Assembly (NCBI GenBank): GCA_018701215.1
Contig: JABIWH010000057.1
Coordinates: 132,519 to 196,518, forward strand
Source: Rhodospirillaceae bacterium
GTDB lineage: Bacteria; Pseudomonadota; Alphaproteobacteria; GCA-2731375
Direction: 5' to 3'
DNA length: 64,000 nucleotides
Below, one piece after another: positions 49,590 through 60,776 of the stretch. Numbering within the stretch: the first letter of the stretch is position 1; every line of letters begins with the position of its first letter. The translations under genes were made by a program, and so were the position numbers. Under the pieces are notes generated by a model. It had not been told where the DNA came from and ran no database searches. It saw nothing but the letters and a program-made list of their open reading frames with translations.

Positions 49590-52500
49590 GTGATTTCAAG
49601 GAATACGGCTATGATGGATAAGAGGGCACGGGAAGAGCGGGACAGCCGCCTGGATGGCATGTCCCAGATGGTGGCCGAGCGCTTCAAACGCGGCGAGGCC
49701 GACGAGATCAAGGCCTTTTTCGAGCAGTTTTATGCCCGCGTTCCGGCCGAGGATATCAATGAATCCTCACCGGAAAATCTATACGGCGCCGCGTTGTCCC
49801 TTTGGAAGTTCGCGGCCCAGCGCAGCACGGACGAGGTCAACCTGCGGGTTTACAATCCGCGCATGGAAGAGCACGGCTGGAAATCGGCCCATACCATTGT
49901 TGAAATCATCACCGACGACATGCCGTTCCTGGTGGATTCCATCGTCGGCAACCTGAACCATTGGGATGCCCGGGTTCATCTGGCGATCCACCCGGTGATC
50001 CGTGTGCGCCGGAATGACAAGGGCACGCGGCAGGAACTGTTGCCCCCGGTGGTTAACGGCAAGCCGGGTTTGAGCGAATCCGTGATGCATATCCAGATCG
50101 CTGAACAAAGCGACCAGGGGGCGTTGGATAAAATCGTGCAGGATCTGCGCGGTGTTCTGGCCGATGTTGGCGCGGCGGTGACGGACTGGCCGGCCATGTT
50201 GGCGCAGTTGGACGACGCCATTGTGCAGATGAACAGCTCGAAATTTCCCCAAAGCCAGGACGAGGTTGCCGAGTCCGGCGCCTTTTTGGCCTGGTTGCGG
50301 GACAATCATTTCACCCTGCTTGGCTGCCGCGACTATAGCTACAGTGTTAAGAACGGAGGCAAAAAGGCCGACGGCGACCTGATGATCGTACCGGATAGCT
50401 CGCTGGGCATCTTTCGCGATGAAACCCGGCACGTGCTGACCCGCCAGGATGGCCCGAAAACGCTTGTTGACCCGGGCGGCAAGGGCGCGGCCTCGATCGC
50501 GCAACGTTTCATCCGCCGCGAGGAAATCCTGCTGGTCACCAAGACCGGCGTGCGCGGCACCGTGCACCGTCCGGTGCACATGGATTACATCGGTATCAAG
50601 CGCTATGACGGCAAGGGCAAGCTGACTGGCGAGCGGCGCTTTGTCGGCCTGTTCACGGCCTCGGCCTTTAACCGCACGCCGCGCGATATCCCTTTGCTGC
50701 GGCGCAAGCTGGCCCAGGCCATTGAACTGGCTGGCATGGATGCCGAGTCGCATGACGGCAAGGCTCTGACCCATATTCTGGAAACCTATCCCAGGGACGA
50801 ATTGTGGCAGATCGACGTCGAGACCCTGACCTCGATCGCCACCGGCATCCAGGCCTTGCAGGAGCGCCCCCGCTTTCGCATGTTTGCCCGGCGCGACCGC
50901 TTCGACCGCTATTTCACCGTTCTGGTCTATATGCCGCGCGAGCGTTTGAGCACGGAGCTGCGCGAACGGTTCGCCGATCTGTTGTGCGAGGCGGTCAATG
51001 GCCGGCTCTCCAACTATTATACCGAGGTTAGCCAGAACCCCTTGGCGCGGGTGCATTTTATTATCGGCATCAACGAGGGCGGCGCGCCGGACGATATTGA
51101 TTTCGGCGCCGTCGAGACCCGCCTGATCGCCGCGGCACGGCAATGGCAGGATGATTTCTATGAGGTCCTGGTGGAGCATTGGGGCGAGGAGGGCGGCAAT
51201 CGCCTGGCCGCGCGCTATGGCAAGGCCTTCCCAACGTCCTATACCGAGCGCTTCAACGCCGAGATTGCCCTGCGTGATATCGAAGGCATAGAAGGCCTGT
51301 CGGACGGCACCGGCGTCGGTTTGAATATTTATCGCATGATCGAAGACGCGGAGCACGTGGTGCGCTTCAAGATCTATCATCCCGGCCAGTCCCTGCCCCT
51401 GTCGGATTGCCTGCCAATGATGGAGAACATGGGCCTCAGAGTGATTGGCGAGGAACCTTTCCAGGTTACCATGGCGGGCGAGGAAACCATTTGGATCCAT
51501 AACTTCCTGTTGGAAGAACAGGATGGCGAAGCGATTGACCTTGGTCTGTTGAAGTCGAGCTTTGAAGAGGCCTTCGCCAAGGTCTGGGCCGGCGAGGTCG
51601 AGGATGATGGCTTTAACCGCCTGGTTCTAAAGGCCGGCTTGGGCTGGCGCCAGGTCGTGGTCTTGCGCACCTTGTGCAAATACCTGCGGCAGACCGGGAT
51701 CGCCTATAGCCAGGACTATATGGAAGATACCCTGGCGCGAAACCCCGTTATCACCGGCATGATCGCGCGGCTGTTCCTGGCCCGCTTCGACCCCGAGGCG
51801 CCCGATGCCGGAAAAGAAATCAATCAGCTGGCCGCGAATATCGTCGATGCCCTGGAAGTGGTGGAAAGCCTGGACGAGGACCGCATTCTGCGCCGTTTTC
51901 TGAACCTGGTGCAGGCCGCCTTGCGGACCAACTTTTTCCAAATCGCCGAGGACGGCGGGCCCAAGCCTTACCTGTCGATCAAGTTCGACAGCCAGGCGGT
52001 GGACGAATTGCCGCTGCCGCGCCCGTTCCGCGAAATATTCGTCTATTCGCCACAGGTTGAAGGCGTCCATTTGCGCGGCGGCAAGGTGGCCCGCGGCGGC
52101 TTGCGCTGGTCGGACCGGCGGGAGGATTTCCGAACCGAAGTGCTGGGTCTGATGAAGGCGCAGATGGTCAAGAACGCTGTCATCGTGCCGGTCGGCTCGA
52201 AAGGCGGTTTCGTGCCCAAGCGGCTGCCGCTTACCAGCGGGCGGGAAGCTCTGCAGGACGAGGCCATCGCCTGTTACAAGACCTTCATCCGGGGTCTGTT
52301 GGATTTGACCGATAACCTGCGCGGCCAGGACGTCGTTCCGCCGCCCCTGGTCAAGCGCTATGACGATGACGATCCCTACCTGGTGGTCGCCGCCGACAAG
52401 GGCACCGCGACCTTCTCGGATATCGCCAATGGTGTGGCCATCGACTATGGCTTCTGGCTGGGCGATGCCTTCGCCTCCGGCGGGGCCAAGGGCTATGACC

Positions 52501-54482
52501 ACAAAATCATGGGCATCACCGCCAAGGGCGCCTGGGAATCCGTCAAACGGCATTTTCGCGAGTTGGACCGGGATATCCAGAGCGAGGATTTCACCGTCGT
52601 CGGCTGTGGCGATATGTCGGGCGATGTCTTCGGCAACGGCATGCTGCTGTCCAAGCATATTCGCCTGCAAGCCGCCTTTGATCACCGCAATATCTTTATC
52701 GATCCGGCCCCTGATGCAGCACTTAGCTGGGCGGAACGCAAGCGCCTGTTCGAGCTGCCGCGCTCCTCTTGGGAAGACTATGACAGCGGGCTGATCTCCA
52801 CGGGCGGCGGTATCTTTGACCGCAAGGCCAAGGCGATCGAGTTGAGCGCCGAGATGAAGCGCCTGACCGGCCTAAAGACAAAATCCGTGACCCCGAACGA
52901 GTTGATCCACGCCCTGTTGCAGGCCGACGTGGATCTGCTGTGGTTCGGCGGCATCGGCACCTACATCAAGGCCAGCAGCGAAAGCGACCTGGATGCCGGT
53001 GACCGGGCCAACGACGCGGTACGGGTGAACGGCGATCAGCTGCGTTGCAAGGTGATCGGCGAGGGCGGCAATCTGGGCATTACCCAGTTGGCCCGCCTGG
53101 AGATTGCCCAGCACGGCGGCCGCCTGAACACCGATGCCATCGACAATTCCGCCGGCGTCGATTGCTCTGATCACGAGGTCAACATCAAGGTCCTGATCGA
53201 TGCGGTGGTGGCCGAGGGCGAGATGACCGGCAAGCAGCGCGACCGCCTGTTGGTGGAAATGACCGACGAGGTGGGCGAGCTGGTCTTGCGCGACAATTAT
53301 CTGCAAACCCAATCACTCAGCGTATTGCAGCACCGGGCGCCGGCTTTGCTGGAATCCCATGCCCGCTATATGCGGGATCTGGAACGTAACGGTCAGTTGA
53401 ACCGCGAGGTTGAGTATCTGCCCGATGACGAGGCCCTGGCCGAGCGCGCGGCGAAAGGCGAGGGTCTGACCCGGCCGGAACTGTCGGTTCTGTTGGCCTA
53501 TGCCAAGATGGTATTGTACGACGAACTGCTGGAAAGCGATCTGGCGAGTTCCAAGGGCCTGGCGGCGGATCTGATAAAATACTTCCCCCGGAAATTGCGC
53601 CGCGAACAGCATGCGGCCATTTTGCAGCATCGTCTGCGCCGCGAAATAATCGCGACTGTGACCGCCAATTCCATCGTCAATCGTCTTGGCATTACCTTCG
53701 TCCATGACGTGATCGAGGAGACCGGCGCCTCGGTCGAGGCTATTGCCCGCTGTTACGCCGCCGCCCGTGATCTGTTTGAAATGCGGCAATTGTGGAACCA
53801 GATCGAGACCCTGGATAACACTGTTCCCGCCGCCGTGCAGACGGGCATGGTTCTGGCCACGGCCGAATTCATGCGCCGGATGACCTTGTGGTTCCTGCGC
53901 AACGTGCCCCAGCCGTTGAAGGTCAACACGGTGATCACCGCGTTCGGGCCCGGCGTCAGCAGTCTGGCCGGGCAGTTGGACAAGGTGATCGGTTGTACCG
54001 AGAACAAGAGGATGACCTCTGGTGCCGCGGAATTGTTCAAGCAGGGCGTGGCCGAGACCCTGGCGCGGCGGATCGAGGGGTTGGAGCCCATGAATGCCGC
54101 CTGTGATATTGTCCAGGTTGCCGCCGATAGCGGCCGCCCGGTGGAAGAAGTCGGGCGTGTGCATTTTGCCCTGGGCGCGCGCCTGGGTCTGGATCGCCTA
54201 TGCGCCTCGGCCGAGGCGTTGGAGGCCGAGGACCATTGGCAACGCAAGGCGATCGCCTCCATCGTCGAGGATCTGCGCGGCCAGCAACGAGCCCTGACCT
54301 CCGTCGTCCTGGAACAGGCCAATGGCGCGGGCGGTGATGAGGCGGTGGAAAAATGGTGCGGCGCCAACCAACGGGATATTGCCCGCAGCGACGAAATGAT
54401 CGCCGAGTTCGAGGCGGGCGGCATGGACATTGCCAAGCTGGCCTTGGCAAATCGCTATATCCGCAGGCTAATTATCGGCTAA
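49590..54482 (+). CDS. gdhB: Large (about 180 kDa) NAD-specific glutamate dehydrogenase
   Basis: VARGGLRWSDR, KNAVIVPVGSKGGF, VAADKGTATFSD, DNSAGVDCSDHEVNIK; start may be ATG 49611. Confidence 0.96.
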   Translation: MISRNTAMMDKRAREERDSRLDGMSQMVAERFKRGEADEIKAFFEQFYARVPAEDINESSPENLYGAALSLWKFAAQRSTDEVNLRVYNPRMEEHGWKSAHTIVEIITDDMPFLVDSIVGNLNHWDARVHLAIHPVIRVRRNDKGTRQELLPPVVNGKPGLSESVMHIQIAEQSDQGALDKIVQDLRGVLADVGAAVTDWPAMLAQLDDAIVQMNSSKFPQSQDEVAESGAFLAWLRDNHFTLLGCRDYSYSVKNGGKKADGDLMIVPDSSLGIFRDETRHVLTRQDGPKTLVDPGGKGAASIAQRFIRREEILLVTKTGVRGTVHRPVHMDYIGIKRYDGKGKLTGERRFVGLFTASAFNRTPRDIPLLRRKLAQAIELAGMDAESHDGKALTHILETYPRDELWQIDVETLTSIATGIQALQERPRFRMFARRDRFDRYFTVLVYMPRERLSTELRERFADLLCEAVNGRLSNYYTEVSQNPLARVHFIIGINEGGAPDDIDFGAVETRLIAAARQWQDDFYEVLVEHWGEEGGNRLAARYGKAFPTSYTERFNAEIALRDIEGIEGLSDGTGVGLNIYRMIEDAEHVVRFKIYHPGQSLPLSDCLPMMENMGLRVIGEEPFQVTMAGEETIWIHNFLLEEQDGEAIDLGLLKSSFEEAFAKVWAGEVEDDGFNRLVLKAGLGWRQVVVLRTLCKYLRQTGIAYSQDYMEDTLARNPVITGMIARLFLARFDPEAPDAGKEINQLAANIVDALEVVESLDEDRILRRFLNLVQAALRTNFFQIAEDGGPKPYLSIKFDSQAVDELPLPRPFREIFVYSPQVEGVHLRGGKVARGGLRWSDRREDFRTEVLGLMKAQMVKNAVIVPVGSKGGFVPKRLPLTSGREALQDEAIACYKTFIRGLLDLTDNLRGQDVVPPPLVKRYDDDDPYLVVAADKGTATFSDIANGVAIDYGFWLGDAFASGGAKGYDHKIMGITAKGAWESVKRHFRELDRDIQSEDFTVVGCGDMSGDVFGNGMLLSKHIRLQAAFDHRNIFIDPAPDAALSWAERKRLFELPRSSWEDYDSGLISTGGGIFDRKAKAIELSAEMKRLTGLKTKSVTPNELIHALLQADVDLLWFGGIGTYIKASSESDLDAGDRANDAVRVNGDQLRCKVIGEGGNLGITQLARLEIAQHGGRLNTDAIDNSAGVDCSDHEVNIKVLIDAVVAEGEMTGKQRDRLLVEMTDEVGELVLRDNYLQTQSLSVLQHRAPALLESHARYMRDLERNGQLNREVEYLPDDEALAERAAKGEGLTRPELSVLLAYAKMVLYDELLESDLASSKGLAADLIKYFPRKLRREQHAAILQHRLRREIIATVTANSIVNRLGITFVHDVIEETGASVEAIARCYAAARDLFEMRQLWNQIETLDNTVPAAVQTGMVLATAEFMRRMTLWFLRNVPQPLKVNTVITAFGPGVSSLAGQLDKVIGCTENKRMTSGAAELFKQGVAETLARRIEGLEPMNAACDIVQVAADSGRPVEEVGRVHFALGARLGLDRLCASAEALEAEDHWQRKAIASIVEDLRGQQRALTSVVLEQANGAGGDEAVEKWCGANQRDIARSDEMIAEFEAGGMDIAKLALANRYIRRLIIG

Positions 54483-54513
54483 TCTACTCCCCTGAATCTT
54501 GGGGGAGGTAGGC

Positions 54514-55947
54514 ATGACCGCGCATGCGGATGGGTTGGATAACGGGCAAGACGGCGCGCTGACCGTTACCGGCACGGCACCTGCGTCGCGTCGGGCACAG
54601 TTTAGCTGGGCCTTGTTCGATTGGGCCAACCAGCCCTATTTCACCTTGGTAACCACTTTTATTTTCGCGCCCTATTTCACCTCGCATGTGGTGGGCAACG
54701 CCATCCGCGGGCAGGAACTATGGGGCTATGGCCAAGCCGTGGCGGGCCTTTGCATTGCCCTGCTTAGCCCGGTGATGGGTGCCATGGCGGATGCCAGCGG
54801 CCCGCGCAAGCCGTGGATTCTGTCGTTTCAGGCCTTGTGTGTGCTGGCCTGTGCCGGTTTGTGGCTGGCCCTGCCGGGTGCAAGCGACCGGGATCTGGTG
54901 CAGATCCTGGGCCTGGTTGTGCTGGCCAGCGTGGGTGCCGAATTCGCGACCGTATTCAATAATGCCATGTTGCCCGGCCTGGTGGCCCAGGCCCGCCTGG
55001 GCCGCCTGTCCGGCTATGCCTGGGCCTTGGGCTATCTGGGTGGACTGGTTTCGTTGGGTTTTGTGCTGGGCGGCTTCAGCCTGCCGGAGGTGCCGCTGTT
55101 TGGCCTGGACAAGGCGAGCCATGAACATGACCGCATGGTCGGGCCGCTATCGGCGATTTGGATGATTGTTTTCATCCTGCCCCTGATGCTGTTCACGCCC
55201 GATGTTCCGCCCAGCGGTCTGGGCCCGGTCCGCGCCGCACGCCAGGGCCTGGGCCAATTGGCCGGCACCTTGCGTTCCCTGCGTCACTACCGCAACGTCA
55301 TGCGGTTCCTGATCGCACGGATGATCTATTTCGACGGCCTGTCCGCGATCTTCGCTTTTGGTGGTATCTATGCTGCCGGGATCTTTGGTTGGAGCACGAC
55401 CAATCTTGGTGTCTTTGGCATTATCCTGATAATTTTCGCTGCCCTTGGTGCCATGGCGGGCGGCTGGCTGGATGACCGCATCGGTTCCAAACGAACGATT
55501 TTGCTGGCCGTGGTTGGTTTGATCATCGCCACTCTGGGCATTGTCTCCATCACGGTGGACGGCCTGGGAACCGACGCGCGCCAGGATACGGTACTGTTCT
55601 TCTTCCACTATGCCGTGGCGCCACCGGGCGAGGGCATGTTCACCACCTTGGCCGAGCAGATCTTCCTCGTCTTCGGCATCATGGTCGGGATGTTCGGCGG
55701 CCCGGCTCAGGCGGCTTCGCGCACCATGGTCTCGCGCCTGGTGCCAGTCAACAAGATCGGCGAGTTCTATGGCCTTTATGCCCTATCGGGTAAGGCAACC
55801 GCCTTCATCGCGCCCCTGGCGGTGGCTCTGATTACCGGCATGATGCAAAGCCAGCGGGCCGGCATCGCGTCCATCTTGGTCTTCCTAAGCGTCGGCCTGC
55901 TGTTGATGCTGCCTGTCCGTGAAGAGCGCGCCGCGCCGCCTTCCTAG
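54514..55947 (+). CDS. MFS transporter, UMF1/ATG22-like
   Basis: SWALFDWANQPY, FNNAMLP, GRLSG..WALGYLGG, GPAQAASRT motifs. Confidence 0.88.
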   Translation: MTAHADGLDNGQDGALTVTGTAPASRRAQFSWALFDWANQPYFTLVTTFIFAPYFTSHVVGNAIRGQELWGYGQAVAGLCIALLSPVMGAMADASGPRKPWILSFQALCVLACAGLWLALPGASDRDLVQILGLVVLASVGAEFATVFNNAMLPGLVAQARLGRLSGYAWALGYLGGLVSLGFVLGGFSLPEVPLFGLDKASHEHDRMVGPLSAIWMIVFILPLMLFTPDVPPSGLGPVRAARQGLGQLAGTLRSLRHYRNVMRFLIARMIYFDGLSAIFAFGGIYAAGIFGWSTTNLGVFGIILIIFAALGAMAGGWLDDRIGSKRTILLAVVGLIIATLGIVSITVDGLGTDARQDTVLFFFHYAVAPPGEGMFTTLAEQIFLVFGIMVGMFGGPAQAASRTMVSRLVPVNKIGEFYGLYALSGKATAFIAPLAVALITGMMQSQRAGIASILVFLSVGLLLMLPVREERAAPPS

Positions 55948-55958
55948 AGCATTTCCGC

Positions 55959-57560
55959 CTAATGCCGGAAATGGCGCATCCCGGTCAGCACCATGGCCAG
56001 GCCGGCTTCATCGGCGGCGGCGATGACGTCCTTGTCGCGCATGGAGCCGCCCGGCTGGATCACCGCCGTCGCACCGGCCTCGGCCGCCGCCAACAAGCCG
56101 TCGGCAAAGGGGAAGAACGCATCGGAGGCAACCACCGAGCCCTTGGCCAGGGCATCCGACAGGCCCGCCGCCTCCGCCGCGTCCTCTGACTTGCGGGCCG
56201 CGATACGGGCGGAATCCACCCGGCTCATCTGGCCCGCGCCAATGCCTACCGTGGCGCCGTCCTTGACGTAGATGATGGCGTTGGATTTGACGTGCTTGCA
56301 GATCCGGAAAGCCAGCAATAGATCGGCCATTTCCTGCGCGCTGGGCTGGCGCTTGGTCACCACCTGAACATCATCGGCGCCGATGCGGCCCGCGTCGCGG
56401 GATTGCAGCAGATAGCCGCCGGCCAGGCTTTTCAGGGTCATGCCCCCGGCGCCGGCATCCGGCAATCCGCCGGTCAACAGCAGGCGCAGGTTCTTCTTGG
56501 CGCTGACCGCCTCGATCGCGGCTTCATCGGCATCCGGCGCGATGATCACTTCGGTAAAGATTTCCACCATGGCCTGGGCCGCCGCGCCATCAAGGGTGCG
56601 GTTCATGGCGATGATGCCGCCAAAGGCACTGACCGGATCGCAGCGCAGAGCTTTTTGATAGGCATCCAATAGATCCGTGCCCACGGCCACGCCGCAGGGG
56701 TTGGCATGCTTGATGATGGCAACGGCCGCCTCGTCCGGGTCGAACTCGCCAACCAGCTCGAAGGCTGCGTCGGTGTCGTTCAAATTGTTGTAACTCAACG
56801 CCTTACCCTGCAGCTGCCGCGCCGTGGCAACGCCGGGCCGTGTGCTGCCGGAAGTGTAGAAGGCAGCGGCCTGATGGGGGTTTTCGCCATAGCGCAGCTC
56901 TGCCTGCTTTTCCGCCGCGACCACCAGGCGGTCGGGGAATGTCTCGCCCTGTTGGGCCGCGAACCAGGCCGAAATGGCGCCATCGTAGCTGCCCGTCCGG
57001 GCATAGGCCTTGGCCGCCAGGCCCTGGCGCAGGGTGCGGTCCGTGGCGCCGCCATTCGCCGCCATGGCCTCGATCACGCCGGCATAGTCGGAGGGATCGG
57101 TCAGCACCGCGACGTAGGCATGGTTCTTGGCCGCCGAGCGGATCATGGCCGGGCCGCCGATATCGATGTTCTCTATACAGGTTTCAAAATCCGCACCCTT
57201 GGCCACCGTCGCCTCGAACGGATACAGGTTCACCGCCACCAGATCGATGGCGCCAATTTCGTGATCGGTCATGGCCTTGGCGTGTTCGGGGTTGTCACGC
57301 AGCGCCAATATGCCGCCGTGCACCGTCGGATGCAGGGTTTTCACCCGGCCGTCCATCATCTCGGGGAAGCCGGTATGATCGCTGACCTCTCTGACTGGAA
57401 TGCCGGCCTCGGCCAGGGCGCGGGCGGTGCCGCCCGTGGACAGGATCTCGACCCCATGATCGGCCAAGGCACGGCCGAATTCCAACAAGCCGTCCTTGTC
57501 GGAAACAGAGATAAGGGCTCGTTTGATGACAACCAGATCGTTCGCCGGCGCTGTCGACAT
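55959..57560 (-). CDS. purH: Bifunctional AICAR transformylase/IMP cyclohydrolase
   Basis: [47 protein letters not shown]. Confidence 0.98.
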   Translation of the reverse strand: MSTAPANDLVVIKRALISVSDKDGLLEFGRALADHGVEILSTGGTARALAEAGIPVREVSDHTGFPEMMDGRVKTLHPTVHGGILALRDNPEHAKAMTDHEIGAIDLVAVNLYPFEATVAKGADFETCIENIDIGGPAMIRSAAKNHAYVAVLTDPSDYAGVIEAMAANGGATDRTLRQGLAAKAYARTGSYDGAISAWFAAQQGETFPDRLVVAAEKQAELRYGENPHQAAAFYTSGSTRPGVATARQLQGKALSYNNLNDTDAAFELVGEFDPDEAAVAIIKHANPCGVAVGTDLLDAYQKALRCDPVSAFGGIIAMNRTLDGAAAQAMVEIFTEVIIAPDADEAAIEAVSAKKNLRLLLTGGLPDAGAGGMTLKSLAGGYLLQSRDAGRIGADDVQVVTKRQPSAQEMADLLLAFRICKHVKSNAIIYVKDGATVGIGAGQMSRVDSARIAARKSEDAAEAAGLSDALAKGSVVASDAFFPFADGLLAAAEAGATAVIQPGGSMRDKDVIAAADEAGLAMVLTGMRHFRH

Positions 57561-57669
57561 CGTCTACTCCTGTCGCGGTATGGGTACTGTGTGAATTCCG
57601 AATATGAAACGCGAACGGGCCCTATAGCACGGCTTTTGCAGCTGCCAAAGGGGCATGCTGCCGCAGCTG

Positions 57670-59616
57670 CTATTCCGCCTGTGCTGCCGCCTTGGGGGCC
57701 ATCCGATCATCGGGGCTAGAATGCATTTCGGGCACCAGGTGACGAATCAGGGCCAAGGTCTGTTCCGTATCCCGTGCGCTCGCCGCACTGGCCAGTTTGT
57801 CCACCTGGGCGCTCAGCAATTCGTGGTCAATCACCCGAGGTGCCGCCAGATTGACGCCGGCCAGATGGGTTGGTTGCGGCGCCTCGCCATCGTGCAGCAA
57901 TTCCTCGTACAGCTTTTCGCCGGGCCGCAAACCGGTAAAGGCGATGGGAACATCCACTTCGGGCGTCAGTCCGGCCAGGCGGATCATCTGCCGGGCCAGG
58001 TCCAGAATGCGCACCGGTTTGCCCATGTCGAGCACAAAGATCTTGCCGCCTTCATCCCCCGTAGGCGCGGCGGCGGTGGCCTGCAAGACCAGCTCCACCG
58101 CCTCCCGCGTGGTCATGAAAAAGCGGGTGACTTCAGGGTCGGTAACGGTCAGGGGCCCGCCACGGGCCAGCTGCCGTTGGAACAGGGGCACCACCGAGCC
58201 GGTGGAGCCCAAGACATTGCCAAAGCGCACGGTGACAAAACGGCAGGCGGTGGATGACAGGCTCAAACCCTGGCAGATCATCTCGGCGATACGCTTCGAG
58301 GCGCCCATGACCGAGGTTGGATTGACCGCCTTGTCGGTGGAGATCTGCACCATCACCTTGACGTTCGCGGCAAGGCAGGCCCGCGCCACGTTGGCGGTGC
58401 CCATGACATTGGTCAGCACGCCCTCGTTGGGATTTTCTTCCACCATTGGCACGTGTTTGAAGGCGGCGGCGTGAAACACCAGTTCGGGCTTTTCCCTGGC
58501 GAATACCACGCCCAGGCGCCCGCCGTCGCGGACATCGCCCAGGATGGCGCGTCGGGACAATTCCGGCCAGCTCTCGGCAAACTCAAGGTCGATCCGATAC
58601 AGCGCATGTTCACCGTTATCCAACAGCGAAAGATGCGCTGGGGCATGGGCGGCGACCTGGCGCGCCAGCTCCGAACCAATGGTGCCCCCCGCTCCCGTGA
58701 TCAACACCCGGCGGCCCGCGATGAGGGCCCGCATGGCGTCCCGGTCCAGCACCTGTTGCGGGCGGCCCAGCAAATCCTCGACCTGGACCGGTTGCAGCTC
58801 GAGATCGGTATCCGTCTTGGCGCCGCTCTGAAATTCCGTCAGGCGGGGCATGCGCGAGAGGCTCAAGCCAAGATTTTCCGCCACGTCCAGCAGGCCGCCG
58901 ATGGTGTCGCCGTCCAGTTTTGACCAGGTCAGGATCATGCGCTGTGGCTTGCGCCCCTTGCGGGCCAGTTCTGCGACCACGGCCTCGACCTCGTCCAGGC
59001 CGCCCAGCACGGTGATGCCGCGAATATCCCGGCCGATGCGGCTGCGTTTGTGATCGACAATGCCGACTACCCGATAGCCGGCCGCGCGGTCCCGCGCCAT
59101 GCCACGAATGAAGGCTTCCGCTTCGTCGCCCGCGCCGATCAACAGCACCGGCACCCGGCCGTCATCGGTATGTTCGAACACCGCACGCAGATCGCCATCC
59201 TTGGAAAAGCGGTACAACAGGCGCGAGGCCGAGAGGAAGACCACCAGTAACGGCCAATTCAGGAACATCGCGCTGCGCGGGAAATTGGCCAGGCGGTCCA
59301 GTACGAACATCACCGGCAAATAGATCAGGATCGCCAGGGTCACCGCCTTGACGATGGCGATCAGATCGGACAACGAGGCGTAGTGCCAAATCCCCCGGTA
59401 CAGGCCCATGCGCCAAAAGACCAGGGCGCAGATAACGGTGAAAATAGCCGTGCCGTGCCACAGGAAAAAGAACTCCTGCGGCTTGCCATAGGTCTGATAA
59501 CGGAACCAAACAGCCAATTCGAAAGATAACGCCGCCATGAAGACGTCGTGCGCCGCCACCGTCGCGATGCGCCCGTTGATGCGTTTTAGTCTTTGAACAA
59601 ACCAGCCCACGGTCAT
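57670..59616 (-). CDS. Polysaccharide biosynthesis NDP-sugar 4,6-dehydratase (CapD/WbpM/PglF family)
   Basis: 4 N-terminal TM segments; EDLLGR, TGAGGTIGSEL, HAAAFKHVP, STDKAVNP, RFGNVLGS; ATGA overlap with upstream gene. Confidence 0.93.
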   Translation of the reverse strand: MTVGWFVQRLKRINGRIATVAAHDVFMAALSFELAVWFRYQTYGKPQEFFFLWHGTAIFTVICALVFWRMGLYRGIWHYASLSDLIAIVKAVTLAILIYLPVMFVLDRLANFPRSAMFLNWPLLVVFLSASRLLYRFSKDGDLRAVFEHTDDGRVPVLLIGAGDEAEAFIRGMARDRAAGYRVVGIVDHKRSRIGRDIRGITVLGGLDEVEAVVAELARKGRKPQRMILTWSKLDGDTIGGLLDVAENLGLSLSRMPRLTEFQSGAKTDTDLELQPVQVEDLLGRPQQVLDRDAMRALIAGRRVLITGAGGTIGSELARQVAAHAPAHLSLLDNGEHALYRIDLEFAESWPELSRRAILGDVRDGGRLGVVFAREKPELVFHAAAFKHVPMVEENPNEGVLTNVMGTANVARACLAANVKVMVQISTDKAVNPTSVMGASKRIAEMICQGLSLSSTACRFVTVRFGNVLGSTGSVVPLFQRQLARGGPLTVTDPEVTRFFMTTREAVELVLQATAAAPTGDEGGKIFVLDMGKPVRILDLARQMIRLAGLTPEVDVPIAFTGLRPGEKLYEELLHDGEAPQPTHLAGVNLAAPRVIDHELLSAQVDKLASAASARDTEQTLALIRHLVPEMHSSPDDRMAPKAAAQAE

Positions 59617-60632
59617 TCCATCTCGTCTAGCGGTTTCATCTTGGCAAAGTACCATAACAGAAATGCCACAGCCGCGCCGCCAAGGATCAAGGCCAGCCAT
59701 TGGTTGCCGCCCAGCGCGGCCCAAAGGGCGGCGGCGATCAGCAACAGGTTACAGGTCAAAATAAGCAGGGCGATACGGCCGTGGTCGCCGCAGGCCTGTG
59801 CGGCATGCTGATAGAAGTGGCTGCGGTGGGCCTGCCAGAATTTTTCACCCCGTACGATACGGCGCAGCAAGGTCCAGGTGGCATCACAGAGGTAATACAG
59901 GCTCAATAGCAGTGCCGGCAGCCATTGCCCCGCCGCCGCCAGGGACAGCAGCAGCCAGCCCAGTAGAAAGCCCAGGCCCACACTGCCCACATCGCCGAGA
60001 AAAATTTTCGCCGGCCGCCAGTTCAAAACGCCGAAGCCGATTACGGCACCGGCGGCAATCGCGGAAAGGGCCGCCAGATCACCGCCCGCGCCGCTGATCT
60101 GGGTGATCAATGCGATACCCACGCCGATGCTGCCTGCTTCCACGGCCGTGATGCCGTCGATGCCGTCCATGAAATTGAACAGATTGATGAACCACAGCCA
60201 ACAAAATCCGGCCGCCAGGCGGTCCGCCACGGGGGGCAGCAGGCCTTGAAAGACCGGGCTGTCTGGTAACACCAGGCAGCCCAGCGCCACGGCTAGGAGC
60301 TGCATCATCAACCTTTGCAAGGTTGGCAGGTTGCTGAGATCGTCGAGAAAGGAAAATCCGGCCAAACCGGCGGCCAGTAATGCAATGGCGGTAATATTGA
60401 ACGAATCGCCCACCTTCCCCGGTGCCAGCCAGGCCAGCGCGCACCATGCCGCGATGATCACCGCCATGACGGCGATACCGCCGCCGCGCGGCACGGCGCC
60501 GGCATGGCTGGAGCGTTCATTGGCGTGATCCAGGATGGCGCGGGCGGTGAGCAGGCGCAACACCGCGCCCGTGGCCAAATAGGTCACGATACAGGCGGCA
60601 AGGCCGAGACTGATATGCAGGCTCCAGGACAT
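59613..60632 (-). CDS. MraY/WecA-family polyprenyl-phosphate sugar-1-phosphate transferase (WbpL-like)
   Basis: NERSSH..PRGGG, LDD, NLFNFMDGIDG, KIFLGDVGS, AHRSHFYQ motifs. Confidence 0.92.
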   Translation of the reverse strand: MSWSLHISLGLAACIVTYLATGAVLRLLTARAILDHANERSSHAGAVPRGGGIAVMAVIIAAWCALAWLAPGKVGDSFNITAIALLAAGLAGFSFLDDLSNLPTLQRLMMQLLAVALGCLVLPDSPVFQGLLPPVADRLAAGFCWLWFINLFNFMDGIDGITAVEAGSIGVGIALITQISGAGGDLAALSAIAAGAVIGFGVLNWRPAKIFLGDVGSVGLGFLLGWLLLSLAAAGQWLPALLLSLYYLCDATWTLLRRIVRGEKFWQAHRSHFYQHAAQACGDHGRIALLILTCNLLLIAAALWAALGGNQWLALILGGAAVAFLLWYFAKMKPLDEME

Positions 60633-60776
60633 GCCTGCTTATAACCTTGATTGCGGCGCCTAAACCAGAGGCCGTGGAAGTCTTGTCAGATTGTGATGAT
60701 AGTGCTACTCCCCAGCCCGCGAAACCTTGCGGTTTCAAACCCATTCTAAGCGCTAATATTCTAAGGCTTGATCCTC

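Noticed and set aside
57561-57669. Possible ZMP/ZTP riboswitch upstream of purH
   Set aside because: The conserved pfl-motif nucleotides were not seen; only a promoter-like sequence and a short GCAGCTGC repeat
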